From the human T2T-CHM13v2.0 reference genome, Homo sapiens, in assembly GCF_009914755.1 (NCBI RefSeq), contig NC_060926.1: DNA of 64,000 nt; one strand, 5' to 3'. Shown piece after piece: positions 1 through 13,227 of this stretch. The notes under the pieces are model-generated. The model made no database searches. It saw only the letters and a list, made by a program, of their open reading frames with translations, and was not told the origin of the DNA. Within the stretch, counting starts at the first letter, position 1. Each line of letters begins with the position of its first letter. Both the position numbers and the translations under genes were made by a program.

Positions 1-43
1 GTCTGTGGTATTCTGTTATGGTAACACAAAACAGAGTAAAATA
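1..43 (+). mobile_element. 3' end of a MaLR (MLT1/MST-like) LTR, cut by window edge
   Basis: GTCTGTGGTATTCTGTTATGGTAACACAAAACAGAGTAAAATA resembles the MaLR LTR terminus (TGTGGTATTTTGTTATAGCAGC...ACTAAGACA). Confidence 0.6.
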
Positions 44-394
44 TGAGCCTTTATGAGTACTTAATAAACAATAGCCCTTTTCTGTGTTATTATTGTGAAG
101 AATTTGCATGGAGGAATAGAAAAGATATTGGGCTTCCAGAGAGAATTACTGAGCACAATTAAAGAGCCACCAATTAGCCCAGGCACACTGGACATTTCTG
201 AATCTCCAAATATGTAACAATGAGGATAAAAACATTTGTTGTACCTCCCCCACAGAGCTGTTGTGAGAATCAGGTGAGGAGGGCAATAGCCTCTCTTCTC
301 TGGCTCTAATGTTGTGCAGAGCTCACATATAACTTTATTCTGCCACCTATTTTAACATCTTGTGTAGTTTATGTGTTTTTTTCTCTATGAAGTA

Positions 395-507
395 ATTTAT
401 TCCTTGAGGATTGGTAATGTGCCTCATTCATTTTTGCATCTCCTACAGCTTGAGCAAAGAGATTTGCACATAGTGGCGCTAAGTAAAAAATTGAATTTGT
501 TAAGTGA
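395..507 (+). mobile_element. L2 LINE 3' end fragment
   Basis: TCCTTGAGG...GCACATAGTGGCGCTAAGTAAAAAATTG..TTGTTAAGTGA resembles the L2 terminus. Confidence 0.5.
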
Positions 508-1617
508 TATATATATGAGATATTTTATAAATTGTGAATGGATCCTGACATAAAAATGTAGCACACTTCTGAATCACTGTGTCCCGATTCTCTGGCTATT
601 GCTCTAAACTAGGATCACCTGAGCAACACCTTCAATCTGAATCTACAAGCAGGTCCCATTTATAGTAGTTGATCTTGTCAGCAAGTTTCAATAAATCCAG
701 TGCAGTGTAACTTAAACTCTAAAGTTCTGAGAAGCTCACGGGTAGGAAATAGAACAGGTGTGGCTTGATTAGATGCATGGCTTAATTAGAGAGCTGCTTT
801 GTTCCTGTCTGATTCTTCTGGTTTGGCTCTGCTCTCTGTTGTTTCTTTGTTCTTAAACTGGATTGCCTGGTCATGAAATTATGTTCATAAAATGCTATAA
901 AGAGGTTTTAGACTTCACAACTGCTCACCACACTGTATATGAGAGAGAACATTGGTGTCCACAATTCCCAGAAAATGTCCTGAAATCTGTGCTGATTGGA
1001 GACATGGTGTTTGGCTAAGGCCTAACTTGCCCAAACATGTGGCAAGCTGAGCTGCGCTACCCTACGTGACACTCATCAGGGGAGTTGTGGGCTTTTTTGA
1101 TGGGACATTTCTCTATTGTGCATAATCGTTTGCATTTCTGCTTGCTGCCACTCAGTGTCAACGGCACCCTCTAGTCACCGAGACAACTAAAAGTGCCCCT
1201 CTCTAATTGACTCAGAGGAAAGAGTGTCCCTACTATTTAAGACTAATCAGGATTCTTTCCTAAAACTTATGGAACCAAATGTTGCTACATATTGGAAAAA
1301 TAGTGCAACAGCTGCTGAGAACTCAACAATAACATCCAACACAGCCAGGCAGTTTGAAACCTAAGGGAGATTGGTGGCCACTTCCATTGTTTAGAATCAC
1401 AACAGAGACCAGAAAATACTTATCTCCCTCCCATTTCTTTAAGAATAGAAATAACAATCATTTGTTGCCATTATTTTAGGTTCTTTGTGACGCCTTATCT
1501 CCTGTATCATTCACAACAACCCCCAAGTTTTCATATACCCTTACAAATGGGAAAGCTGGACTCAAAGTGTAGTGTCTTAGTAAATTACCCATTACCACAG
1601 CTGATAAGTGGCTACAC

Positions 1618-2308
1618 CAGGAGCTGGCAAACATTTTCTTTAAAGAGTCAGGTAGTAAACATTTTAGACTCTGTGGATGATACAGTTTCTGTAACAACTA
1701 CTGCGTCACTCTAGTGCATGAGCAGCCATATACAATATGTAAACAATAGACATGCTGTGTTCCAATAAAACGTTATATATAGCAACTATGATTTACATTT
1801 CATATAATTTTCAATGCCATTAAATATTCTTCTTTTGATTATTTTCAGACACGCAAAAAAAAATTTCTTAGCTACAGGTGATATGGTTAGGCTTTGTGTC
1901 CCCACCCAAATCTTGAATTGTAATCCTCATAATCCCCACATGTCAAGGGAGAGACCAGGTGGAGGTAATTGGATCATGGATTGGTTTCCCCCATGCTGTT
2001 CTCATGATATTGAGTTCTCATGAGATCTGATGGTTTCACAAGGGGCTCTTCCCGCTTTTCTCGGCACTTCTTCCTGTCGCCTAGTGAAGAAGGTGTCTTG
2101 CTTCCCCTTCACCTTCCACCATGACTGTAAGTTTCCTGAGGCCTTCCCAGCCATGCTGAACTGTGAGTCAATTAAACCTCCCTCCTTTATGAATTACCCA
2201 GTCTCAGGCAGTTCTTCATAGCAGTGTGAAAATGGACTAGTACAATGGGCATATAAAAACAGGCGGTGGGCTGGATTTGGCCCATGGGTCATAGTTTGCT
2301 GAATCCTG
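1618..2308 (+). mobile_element. MER58B (hAT-Charlie) interrupted by a THE1 LTR
   Basis: Starts CAGGAGCTGGCAAAC, ends GTTTGCTGAATCCTG (TIR pair); internal GTGTTCCAATAAAAC and GGGCTGGATTTGGCCC motifs. Confidence 0.85.
1879..2244 (+). mobile_element. THE1 (C/D-like) MaLR solo LTR
   Basis: TGATATGGTTAGGC...GGACTAGTACA; TSD ACAGG/ATGGG, both derivable from ACGGG. Confidence 0.93.
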
Positions 2309-4529
2309 CCACACAGAAAAATCCCACTGTGTTCTGGGATGGAACTAGGAGTGTTATATGGGCATCTAGTTGTGGAGCCATCACTCTTAGCCTCATACCT
2401 TATTGAGAGTGCTCTCCATGCCCATGTCATCAGTGACCCACAGTCTGAAGCCTGGAGGCTGACATAGTGGGATCTTGTAGTTCTTCATGAGTCTGGACCA
2501 TTGGGTCCATCATCTACCTGGATTCAAGGCTTTTGTGTTCACAAAGGCATGTCCTGTGAGCTATTGGACCTTATAGAATGCCTCAAATCCCACCAGTGAT
2601 GTCAGCTCTTTGCTTTACCACAGTTGTCCATTATTTAGTTTTCTTTTTAAAAAGGTATTCTTTAGGCCTGATATAGGCCTATTATTTTACTAGTGTATGC
2701 TTTTATTTTGAGCTCACACATTAAAAAGCTGGGTTTGAGAAGCAAGTGTTTGATGGCTTTGTTTCCCTCTTTAAGAAACATGCCACACTGTTGAAGGCAA
2801 TCAGGACCCACACCTGTCACTGAGCACCAGCTGAACTTGCTCATCAGAGATGCATCCTGGACCACGTTCAGGACCAGCCCGAGGCAGAGGCAAGTGAGGC
2901 AGCTGCCTGGGGGGAGAAACAGCACAAACTTGAACAGGTGCCTGGAGGCCTGAATACTTCAAATATTTAAGATGGGAACCTTGCCCACGAGTAATTTTAA
3001 ACCCGTACATTTATCTTTCGGTTTTGCCTTCAAGCCCATTTTGTAAACGCATTCGAGTTTCCTTCTGTAGGTTCACTGTTCATTTTAGAAAGGTTTCATG
3101 TACTTTTCTTCATTTTTTTCTTTTTTTACATGGAAAGTCAGTATATTGTCTCACACTTAGCATAGTGATATGTTTTCTATATCCAGCTTGTTAGCATATG
3201 AATGAATAAAAATACAATTCTCCAAACTAAGAAAAAAAGGCCTGCTTTTCATAAAACATTTTAGCATAAAAATAGAAGAGAAATGACAATTTTACCTTTA
3301 AGCTTTAATTTTAATTCAGTTCGGAATTCAAGTTGTAGAAAGGGGAGTCACATGCAAGAACCAAGGATCCTACTGCCTTGAAGACATCACCATATGGAAG
3401 CCATTTGTGAGCATTTGTGAGCAGTGGCTGTACTAGACAAACCTTTGTCTCCTGAATGCAATTTAATGTGAGATGTCTCTGTTTAAGATGCTTGGTAATC
3501 ACATATGGGGATTTCCTTGACTTTCAGCTCTCTGGAACAGGGTGGCCTCCAGAGCATGTGGTTCTGAGAGTTTTATCTCATGGTGCTCAGACAGGAACAT
3601 GGCGCTGCAAAAATGTCATTTAAACATCTTGCTTTGTGATCTTGATAGCTGATTGTTGTTGTTGTTTGGGGTTTATTTATGTTTCTGTTAGTAGGTCTGA
3701 TTTTTACCACTGTAATTCATATTTTTTCTTAAAAGAAAAAATAAACATTAATTTGGCACATTAATAACTTAAGAATTTGCCAAATGCCTTTGTTTTTCCA
3801 TTTGCACAATTTTGAATTTTATTTTACACATTTCTTCTGGCTCATTTGTATTGCTATCATTCCTTGGAAATGCTATCATTATGATAACATGCCTGTTAAT
3901 GAGGATGCATTTACTAGCACATGTTGTTGATGGAAATTTTATAGGTGGTAGGAAAACCATTCGCTCACTTCTTTATGACATTATACCTCTTGAATTCCTC
4001 CCACTTTCCAGGTCCTCTGTGGGCTTTGGATAGAGTTTAGAATAAATCAGACACATTTTCCTATGCTGACGCAGCTACCAGTCTACTGAGAGATGTGCAA
4101 AATCAATAAGAAATATTGGGACATGTTTTAGAATATAATATGTGTTACTGTATTAATGCCATTAAATTACTAGTATTAATGCCATTAAATACTAACTTTA
4201 ATAATGTTGAATGTGCCACCATCCCCAAATACATATGCGATTTTGAATCAAAAGTATGGTGGCAAGGTCCAGCTGAAACTTGAGTGTGGCAGTATTTGGA
4301 AAAGGAAACATTGCTGGGCAGATCTGTTCTGGGAAGATTATCATAAGGAACAGGACCATCAGAAAGTGTCATATGCACTTTGACAACTGCCACTGGCTGT
4401 AGATACTGTTCCTGTTTTTCAAGTGAAGAAATAGAAGCTCAGAAAAGTTAAGTGCCCAAGAGGGCCTGGCCACTAAGTGGTTTGGCTAAGATCTGGAGAG
4501 TCAGCCTCAGGTACATCATGGTAAAGATC

Positions 4530-4760
4530 ACATACTCCAACTATATTTCTTGGATCCAGCCTCTGTCACTTGCTGGCTTGTGATCTTAGGCATGTTTCTT
4601 AACCCTTGTGTGCCTTAGTTTCTTTTTCTATAAAATGGGTATATGAAGAGTATTTTCCTTATTTGAATTACTATAAGGATTAAATTAGTTCACATTAGCC
4701 AAGTATATAGAACTGTACCAAGGACATAACTAGCACTGTATAAGTGTTTGGTAAATAAAA
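4530..4760 (+). mobile_element. MIR SINE
   Basis: Core TGTGATCTTAGGCATGTTTCTTAACC...CTTAGTTTCTTTTTCTATAAAATGGG and typical 3' part. Confidence 0.75.
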
Positions 4761-6152
4761 TAAACATTAAAATATAAGTACCAGGTCTGTCTGACTCCAG
4801 AACTTGCTGTCTTTATATAGCCTCATGCGGATTTGGGGGTGCAGCTACAAGTGCTAAGTTTATTCCTTCTCTTCTATCAGCTGTGTAGCTTTCTGATATG
4901 AGAAGGGTGGGGGGGTCAGAGGTAGAAGGAAAAGAGATGAGAAATCACAAATTTTTCATTCTGTCATTATAGCCACTGTGATCTCTTTTTCCAAAAAGGA
5001 CCAAATTGGGTTTGTTTTCAGAACAAGTCAGAAAAAAGGTATTGTTACTCCAGGGGTGCATGAAAAAGAAAAAAAAGAAAAAGCACATACGTAAACAAAC
5101 AATAACAAAAACCCTTCCTCTGGTTTGTTGACGCATGACATTCCATTAGGAAGACAATTTCTTTCATCTTCCAATTGATGTTTTAGGATAAAACAGTTGA
5201 GCTGATATAAATGATCCTGAGCCTTCTTCCCAGAGGATATATTAATCAAGGTATCACTGCAGGGTAGAAGTTGAATAATTTAGCATCTTTTAGTCAAGAA
5301 TTGAATAAACTCATGGTTATTCATTTTATTTTAAGTACATTTAAATGAATACAAAATTTCTAACCATTAGTAACACAGTAGATGTTGCTGTGATGTTTTT
5401 GGATATTTCTAAAATTATTTTACACCATAGGGTACAATTATATACTTGGCTATAAAAATTCTAATGGGAAACAGACTCATTTTATCAACTAAACATAAGA
5501 AGTGTCAAATAAATATCAGTTTGATTTGCTTAGTCATTTATAACTGCTAATAAAATAAATAAACCTACTTAACAGTATTTCCTTGAAGTCTAAAAACGCT
5601 ATTTTTAGATTTTAAAAAAACAAAAATGTGTTTGCTTATCAACACTCTAGAGAGCAAATAAATCTTATAATTAATTTTTCACTAATATCCTGATTCATGC
5701 CATTCCTTGAGTGTGGTTTAAATCAATCTGTAAAAAAAAATGTCTAATTCACAAAATCCAGGTTGATTTTTAATCAAATAATGTGAAATATTTAAGAATT
5801 GGAAAAGTATATGAGGAGTCTTCAAAATGTTCATGGAAAATGTGTATTATGAAGAAACTATGCATGGATTTCAAAATATTTTTGCACTGAAATAAGCTCA
5901 TATTAACTGGTTATAATATGCCAGAACAGGATCTAGTTTGACGCAGTGAGAAGGATAAGACATTAGTTTGAAAACAGCCCCTGTGAAAGCAACATGTATT
6001 CTGCTAAAATTGAACAAAAACAAACCTTAAATTGATGGTGAAGCTTGGATTGAAGAATGATGAAATCATTGATGCTTTATGAAAAGTGTATAGAGACAAT
6101 GCCCCCAAGAATCAGCAGTTTACAAAAGGAGCCATTAATTCAGAGGAGGGGA

Positions 6153-6161
6153 CAAGATGGC
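6153..6161 (+). promoter_or_regulatory. YY1 site of the L1 internal promoter
   Basis: CAAGATGGC at about +11 of the L1 5'UTR, the known position. Confidence 0.75.
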
Positions 6162-7505
6162 TGAATGGAAACAGCTCTGGTCTGTAGCTCCCAGCAAGAC
6201 CAACACAGAAGGCAGGTGATTTCTGCATTTCCAACCGAGGTACCCAGTTCATCTTACTGGGACTGGTTAGGCAGTGGGTGCGACCCATGGAGAGTGAGCA
6301 GAAGCAGGGTGGGGTGTCACCTCACCCAGGAAGTGCACAGAGCTGGGGACCTCCCTCCCCCAGCCAAGGAAAGCAGTGAGGGACTCTGCTACCTGCCCAA
6401 GGTACTATGCTTTTCCTATGGATTTTTGCCATCTGAGGATCAGGAGATTGCTTCGCGAGCTTACCACCACCAGGGCCCTGGGTTTCAAGCACAAAACTGG
6501 GCGGCTGTTTGGGCAGGCACTGAGCTGCAAGTTTTTTCATACTCCAGCAGTGCAGAACTCCAGTGAGACTCCAGTCTCACTGTCCACTGTCCACTGTCCT
6601 GGAAAGCGGGCTAAAGCCAGGGAGCCAAGCGGTCTTGCTCAGCGAGTCCCACCCACACGGAGCCCAGCAAGTTAAGAACCGCTGGCTTGAAATTCTCGCT
6701 GCCAGCACAGCAGTTTGGAGTCAACCTGGGACTATTGAGTTTGGTTGGGGGAGGAGTGACCGCCATTACTGTGGCCTTAGTAGGCTGTTTCCCCCTGACA
6801 GTGCTAAGCAGACTGGGAGGTTTGGACCGGATGGAACTCACCACAGCACAGCAAAGCGGCTGTGACCAGACTGCTTCTCTGGATTCCTCCTCACTGGGCA
6901 GGGTATCTCTGCAGGAAATCCAGCATCTCCAGGCAGGGGCTTACAGGCAAAATTCTCATGTCCCTGGGACAGAGCACCTGGGGGGAGGGGCGACTGCAGT
7001 GGCAGCTTCAGCAGACTTAATCTTTCCTGCCTGCCAGCTCTGAAGAGAATGGTTGATCCTGACAAGGGGGATTCTCCCAGCACAGCGCACCAGCTCTGCT
7101 AAGGGACACGCTGCCTCCTCAACTGGGTCCCTGACCCCTGTGCCTCCTGACTGGGAGAGACTTCCTGATAGGGGTCAACAGACACCTCATACAGGAGAGC
7201 TTCAGCTGGCATCAGGCCAGTGCCCTTCTGGGACGAAGCTTCCAGAAGAAGGAGCAGGCAGCAATTTTTGCTGTTCTGCAGTCTCCACTGGTGATACCCA
7301 AGCAAACAGGGACTGAAGTGGACCTCCAGAAAACTGCAACAGACCTACAGAATAGGTGCCTGACTGTTAGAAGAAAAACTAACAAATAGAAAGCAACAAC
7401 AACAACATCAACAAAAAAGACCTCCCCCCAAAAAAAAAATTAAAAATAAAAACCTCATCCAAAGGTCATTGGCCTCAAAGATCAAAGGTAGATAAATCCA
7501 TGAAG

Positions 7506-8525
7506 ATGAGGAAAAAACAGCACAAAAACACCGAAAACGCCAAAAGTCAGAATACCTCTTCTGCAAATGATTGCAACACCTCTCCAGCAAGGGTGCAGAA
7601 TTGGACAGAGGATGAGATGGATGAACTGATCGAAGTAAGCTTCAAAAGGGGGTAATAACAAATTCTGTTGAGCGAAAGGAGCATGTTCTAACCCAATGCA
7701 AGGAAGCTAAGAACCTTGATAAAACGTTACAGGAGCTGCTAACTAGAATAATCATTTTAGAGAGGAACATAAATGACCTGATGGAGCTGAAAAACACAGC
7801 ACAAGAACTTTGTAAAGCATACACAAGCATCAGGAGCCAAATCGATCAAGTGGAAGAAGGGATATCAGAGTTTGAAGACCACCTTGCTGAAATAAGGCAT
7901 GCAGACAAGATTAGAGAAAAAAGAATGAAAAGTAATGAACAAAGACTCCAGGAAATATGGGACTATGTTAAAAGACCAAACCTAGAATTAATTGGAGTAC
8001 CTGAAAGAGACAGGGAGAATGGAACCAAGTTGGAAAACACACTTCAGTATATTATCCAGGAGAACTTCCCCAACCTAGCAAGACAGGCCAACATTCAAAT
8101 TCAGGAAACACAGAGAACACCACTAAGATACTCCACAAGAAGATCAACCCCAAGACACACAATCATCAGATTCTCCAAGGTCAAAATGAAGAAAAAAATA
8201 TTAAGGGCAACCAGGGAGAAATGTCAGGTCACCTACAAAGGGAAGTCCATCAGACTAACAGTGGATCTCTCAGCAGAAACTCTACAAGCCAGAAAACAGT
8301 GGGGGCCAATATTCAACACTCAAAGAAAAGAATTTTCAATGCAGAATTTCATATCCAGTCAAACTAAACTTCATAAGAGAAGGAGAAATAAAATCCTTTC
8401 CAGACAATCAAATTCTAAGGGATTTCGTCACCACCAGGCTTGCCTTACAGGCGTTCCTGAAAGAAGCATTAAATATGGAAAGGAAAAACCGGTACCAGCT
8501 GCTGCAAAAACACAGCCAAATATAA
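7506..8525 (+). pseudogene. L1 ORF1p (frameshifted)
   Basis: ORF track 7781-8557 gives LQEIWDYVKRPNL..IGVPE, IIQENFPNLARQ, TPRHTIIRF; frameshifts near both ends. Confidence 0.9.
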
Positions 8526-8585
8526 AGACCAATGACACTCTGAAGAAACTGCATTAACTAATGTGCATAAGAGCCAGCTAGCATC

Positions 8586-11500
8586 ATGATAACAGGATCA
8601 AATTCACACATAACGATTATAACCTTAAATGTAAATGGGCTAAATACCCAAATAAAAGACACAGGCTGGCAAATTGGATAAAGAGTCAAGACCCATTGGT
8701 GTGCTATATTCAGGAGACCCATCTCACGTGCAGACACACATAAGCTCAAAATAAAGGGATGGAGGAAAATTTACCAAGCAAATGGAAAGAAAAAAAAAAA
8801 AGCAGGAGTTGCAATCCTAGTCTTTGATAAAACAAACTTTAAACCAATAAAGATCAAAGAATACAAAGAATGGCATTACATAATGGTAAAGGGATCAATG
8901 CAACAAAAAGAGCTAACTATCCTAAATATATATGCACCCAATAAAGGAGCACCCAGATTCATAAAGTAAGTTCTTAGAAACCTATAAGGAGACTTAGACT
9001 CCCACACAATAATAGTGGGAGACTTTAACACCCCACTGTCAATATTAGACAGATTAACAAGGCAGAAAATTAACAAGGATATTCAGCAGTTGAACTCAGC
9101 TCTGAACCCAGTGGACCTAATAGACATTTACAGAACTCTCCACCCCAAATCAATAGAATATAGATTCTTCTAAGTACCACATAGCACATATTCTAAAATT
9201 GACCACATAATTGGAAGTAAAACACTCCTCAGCAAATGCCAAAAAACTGAAATCATAACAAACAGTTTCTCAGACCACAGTGCAATCAAATTAGAACTCA
9301 GGATTAAGAAACTCACTCAAAACCACACAACTATATGGAAATTGAACAACTTGCTTCTGAATGACTCCTGGGTAAACAATGAAATTAAGGCAGAAATCAA
9401 GAGGTTCTTTGAAACTAATGAGAACAAAGAGACAATGTACCAGAATCTCTGGGACACAGCTCTTGCACTATTAAGAGGGGAATTTATATCACTAAATGTC
9501 CACATCAGAAAGCTGGAAGGATCTCAAATTGACACCATAACATCACAATTAAAAGAACTAGAGAAGCAAGAGCAAATAAATCCAAAAGCTGGCAGAAGAC
9601 AAGAAACAACTGAGATCACAGCAGATCTGAATGAGATAAAGATATAAAAAACCCTCCAAAAAAATCAATGAATCAAGGAGCTTTTTTTTTTGAAAAAATT
9701 AACACAACAGATAGACGACTAGCTAGGCTAATAAAGAAGAAAAGAGAGAAGAATCAAATGGACACAATAAAAAATGATAAAGGTGATATCACTACTGACC
9801 CCACAGAAATACAAACTACCATCAGAGAATACTATGAACAACTCTATGCAAATAAACTAGAAAATCTAGAAGAAACTGATAAATTCCAGGACACATACAT
9901 CCTCCCAAGACTAAAGCAGGAAGAAGTCAAATTCCTGAATAGACCAATAACAAGTTCTGAAATTGAGGCAGTAATTAATAGCCTACCAAGCAAAAAAAAG
10001 CCCAGAACCAGATGGACTCACAGCTGAAATCTACCAGAGATTACAAAAAGGAGTTGGTATCATTCCTTCAGAAACTATTCCAAACAATTGAAAAGGAGGG
10101 ACTCCTTCCTAACTCATTTTATGAGGCCAGCATAATCCTGATATCAAAACCTGGCAGAGACACAAGAAAAAAAGAAAACTTCAGGCCAATATTTCTGATG
10201 AACATTGATGTGAAAATCCTCAATAAAATACTGGCAAACTAAATCCTGCAGCACATCAAAAAGCTTATCCACCATGATCAAGTCAGCTTCATCCCTGGGA
10301 TGCAAGGCTGGTTCAACATATGCAAATCAATAAATGTAAACCATCACATAAACAGAACCAATGACAAAAACCATATGATTATCTAAATAGATGCAGAAAA
10401 GGTCTCTGATAAAATTCAATGTCCCTTCATGTTAAAAATTCTTAATAAACTAGGTATTGTTGAAACATATCTCATAATGATAAGAACTATTTATTACATA
10501 CACACAGCTAATGTTATACTGAAAGGGCAAAAGCTGGACGTATTCCCTTTGAAAACTACCACAAGACAAAGATGCCTTCTGTCACCACTCCTATTCAACA
10601 CAGTATTGGAAGTTCTGACCAGGGCAATCAGGCAAGAGAAAGAAATAAAGGGTATTCAAATAGAAAGAGAGGAAACCAAATTGTGTCTGTTTGCAGATGA
10701 CATGATTCTATATTTAGAAAACCCCATTGTCTCAGCCCAAAAACTCCTTAAACTGATAAGTAATTTCAGCAAAGTCCCAGGATACAAAATCAATGTGTAA
10801 AAATTGCTAGCATTCCTACACACCAACAATAGACAAGCAGAGAGCCAAATCATGAATGAACTCCCATTCACAATTGCTACAAAGAGAATAAAACACCTAG
10901 GAATACAGCTTACAAGAAATGTGAAGGACTTTTTCAAGGAGAACTACAAACCAGTGCTCAAGGAAATAAGAGAGGACACAAACAAATGGAAAAACATTCC
11001 ATTCTTACAGATAGGAAGAATCAGTATCATGAAAATGGTAATTTATAGATTCAATGCTATTCCATTGACATTCTTCACAGAGTTAGAAAAAACTACTTTA
11101 AATTTCATATGGAACCAAAGAGAGCCCATATAGCCAAGACAATCCTAAGCAGAAAGAACAAAGCTAGATGCATCACACTACCTGACTTCAAACTATACTA
11201 CAAGGCTACAGTAACCAAAACAGCATGGTACTGGTATCAAAACAGATACAGACCAATGGAACAGAACAGAGACCTCAGAAATAACACAACACATCTACAA
11301 CCATCTGATTTTTGACAAACCTGACAAAAACTAGCAATGGGGAAAGGATTCCTTACTTAATAAATGGTGGTGGGAAAACTGGCTAGCTATGCAGAAAACT
11401 GAAACTGGACCCCTTCCTTACACCTTATACAAAAATTAACTCAAGATGGATTAAAGACTTAAATGTAAAATCCAAAACCATAAAAACCCTAGAAGAAAAT

Positions 11501-12402
11501 CTAGGCAATACCATTCAGGACATAAGCATGGGCAAAGACTTCATGATGAAAACTTCAAAAGCAATTGCAACAAAAGCCAAAATTGACAAATGGGATCTAA
11601 ATAAACTAAAGAGCTTCTGCACAGCAAAATAAACTAGCATCAGAGTGAGCAAACAACCTACAGAATGGAGGAAAATTTTTGCAATCTACCCATCTGACAA
11701 AGGTCTAATATCCATAATCTACAAGGAACTTAAACAAATTTACAAGACTAAAACAAACAACCCCATCAAAAAGTGGGCAAAGGATGTGAACAGACACTTC
11801 TAAAAATAAGACATTTATGTGGCCAATAAACATGAAAAAAAGCTCATCATCACTGATCTTTAGAGAAATACAAATTGAAACCACAATAAGTTACCATCTC
11901 ACGTCTCTCAGAATGGTGATTATTAAAAAGCCAAGGAACAATAGATTCTGGTGAGGCTGTGGAGAAATAGAAATGCTTTTGCACTGTTGGTGGGAATGCA
12001 GATTGGTTCAACCATTGTGGAGGATAGTGTGGTGATTCCTCAGGGATCTAGAACCAGAAATACCTTTTAACCCAGCAATCCCATTGCTGGATATATATAG
12101 CAATATATATAAATATAAAGGCATATAAATCATTCTACTATAAAGACACATGCACACGTATGTTTATTGCAGCACTATTTACAATAGCAAAGACATAGAA
12201 TCAACAAAAATGCCCATCAATTATAGACTGGATAAAGAAAATGTGGCACATATACATCATGGAATACTATGCAGTCATAAAAAACAATGAGATCATGTCC
12301 TTTGCAGGGACATGGATGAAGCTGGAAGCCATCATCCTCAGGAAACCAACACAGGAACAGAAAGCCAAATACCACATGTTCTCACTCATAACTGAGAGTT
12401 GA
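8586..12402 (+). pseudogene. L1 ORF2p endonuclease/reverse transcriptase, disrupted
   Basis: Fragments with RT motif [43 protein letters not shown]; many stops, frameshifts and small deletions. Confidence 0.92.
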
Positions 12403-12619
12403 ACAATGAGAATGCAGGGACATGGGGCGGGGAACAACACACACCAGGGCCTGTCAGGGGGTGGGGGTCAAGGGGAGGGAGAGCATTAGGACAAATACCT
12501 AATGCATGCAGGGCTTAAAACTTAGATGACGGGTTGATAGGTACAGCAAACCACCATGGCACATGTAAACCTATGCAACAAATCTGTGCATTCTGCACAT
12601 GTATCCTGGAACTTAAAGT

Positions 12620-12683
12620 AAAATAAAAACAAACAAGCAAACAAACAAAAGACAACCAACAAACAACAACAACAACAACAACA
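12620..12683 (+). repeat. L1 poly(A) tail turned into (AAAC)n/(AAC)n microsatellite
   Basis: AAACAAACAAGCAAACAAAC...AACAACAACAAC directly after CTTAAAGTAAAA. Confidence 0.9.
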
Positions 12684-13170
12684 AAATGGATTATTCATTT
12701 TAAGAAGGGACAAGGCAATGTTAAAGATGAAGCCTGCAGTGGCAGACCATCAACATCTATTTGCAAGGAAAAAATTCATGTTTTTCATGCCCTAACTGAA
12801 GAGGTCCAACGATTAACAGCAAAAACAATAGCCAACACCATAGACATCTCGATTGTTTCAGTAAACATAATCCTGACTGAAAAATTAAACTTGAGCAAAC
12901 TTCCACTTTGTGGGTGCCAAAACTGTTATGCCCAGATAGACTGCAGACAAAAGCAGTCTATCAGCAATGGAAGCAATGGAAATTTTAAACAAGTGGGATT
13001 GAGAACCTGAAGGATTTCTTTATGGTATTGTGACAGGGTAGAAGCATGGCTTTACCAGTATGATCCTGAAGATAAAGCACAATCAAAGCAATGGCTACCA
13101 ACAGCTGAATGAGGTCCAGTCAAAGCAAAAGCAGATGGGTCGAAAGGAAAGGACATGGCAACAGTTTTTG

Positions 13171-13227
13171 TTTTTTTTTTTTTTACTTTAAGTTCTGGGA
13201 TACATGTGCAGAACATACAGGTTTGTT
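13171..13227 (-). mobile_element. Ultra-truncated L1 3' end (L1PA7/8-era) inside HSMAR2
   Basis: poly-T + ACTTTAAGTTCTGGGATACATGTGCAGAAC; flanked by direct repeat ACATGGCAACAGTTTTTG (13153-13170, 13228-13245). Confidence 0.92.

Larger units (their letters stand above)
6143..12683 (+). mobile_element. Full-length LINE-1, L1PA8-like (~6.5 kb), inactive
   Basis: 5' end GAGGAGGGGACAAGATGGC, ~1.36-kb 5'UTR, ORF1 and ORF2 remnants, 3' end GAGAGCATTAGGACAAATACCTAATGCATGCAGGGCTTAAAAC typical of L1PA8; TSD AAAAGGA/AAATGGA (6124-6130, 12684-12690). Confidence 0.93.

Noticed and set aside
1075-1205. Possible MER20/MER5-like DNA element within an old MLT1-like region
   Set aside because: Too diverged to assign family or ends by eye.
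7781-8557. 258-aa ORF as intact ORF1p / active L1
   Set aside because: N-terminus is out of frame, C-terminus is frameshifted, and ORF2 has many stops.
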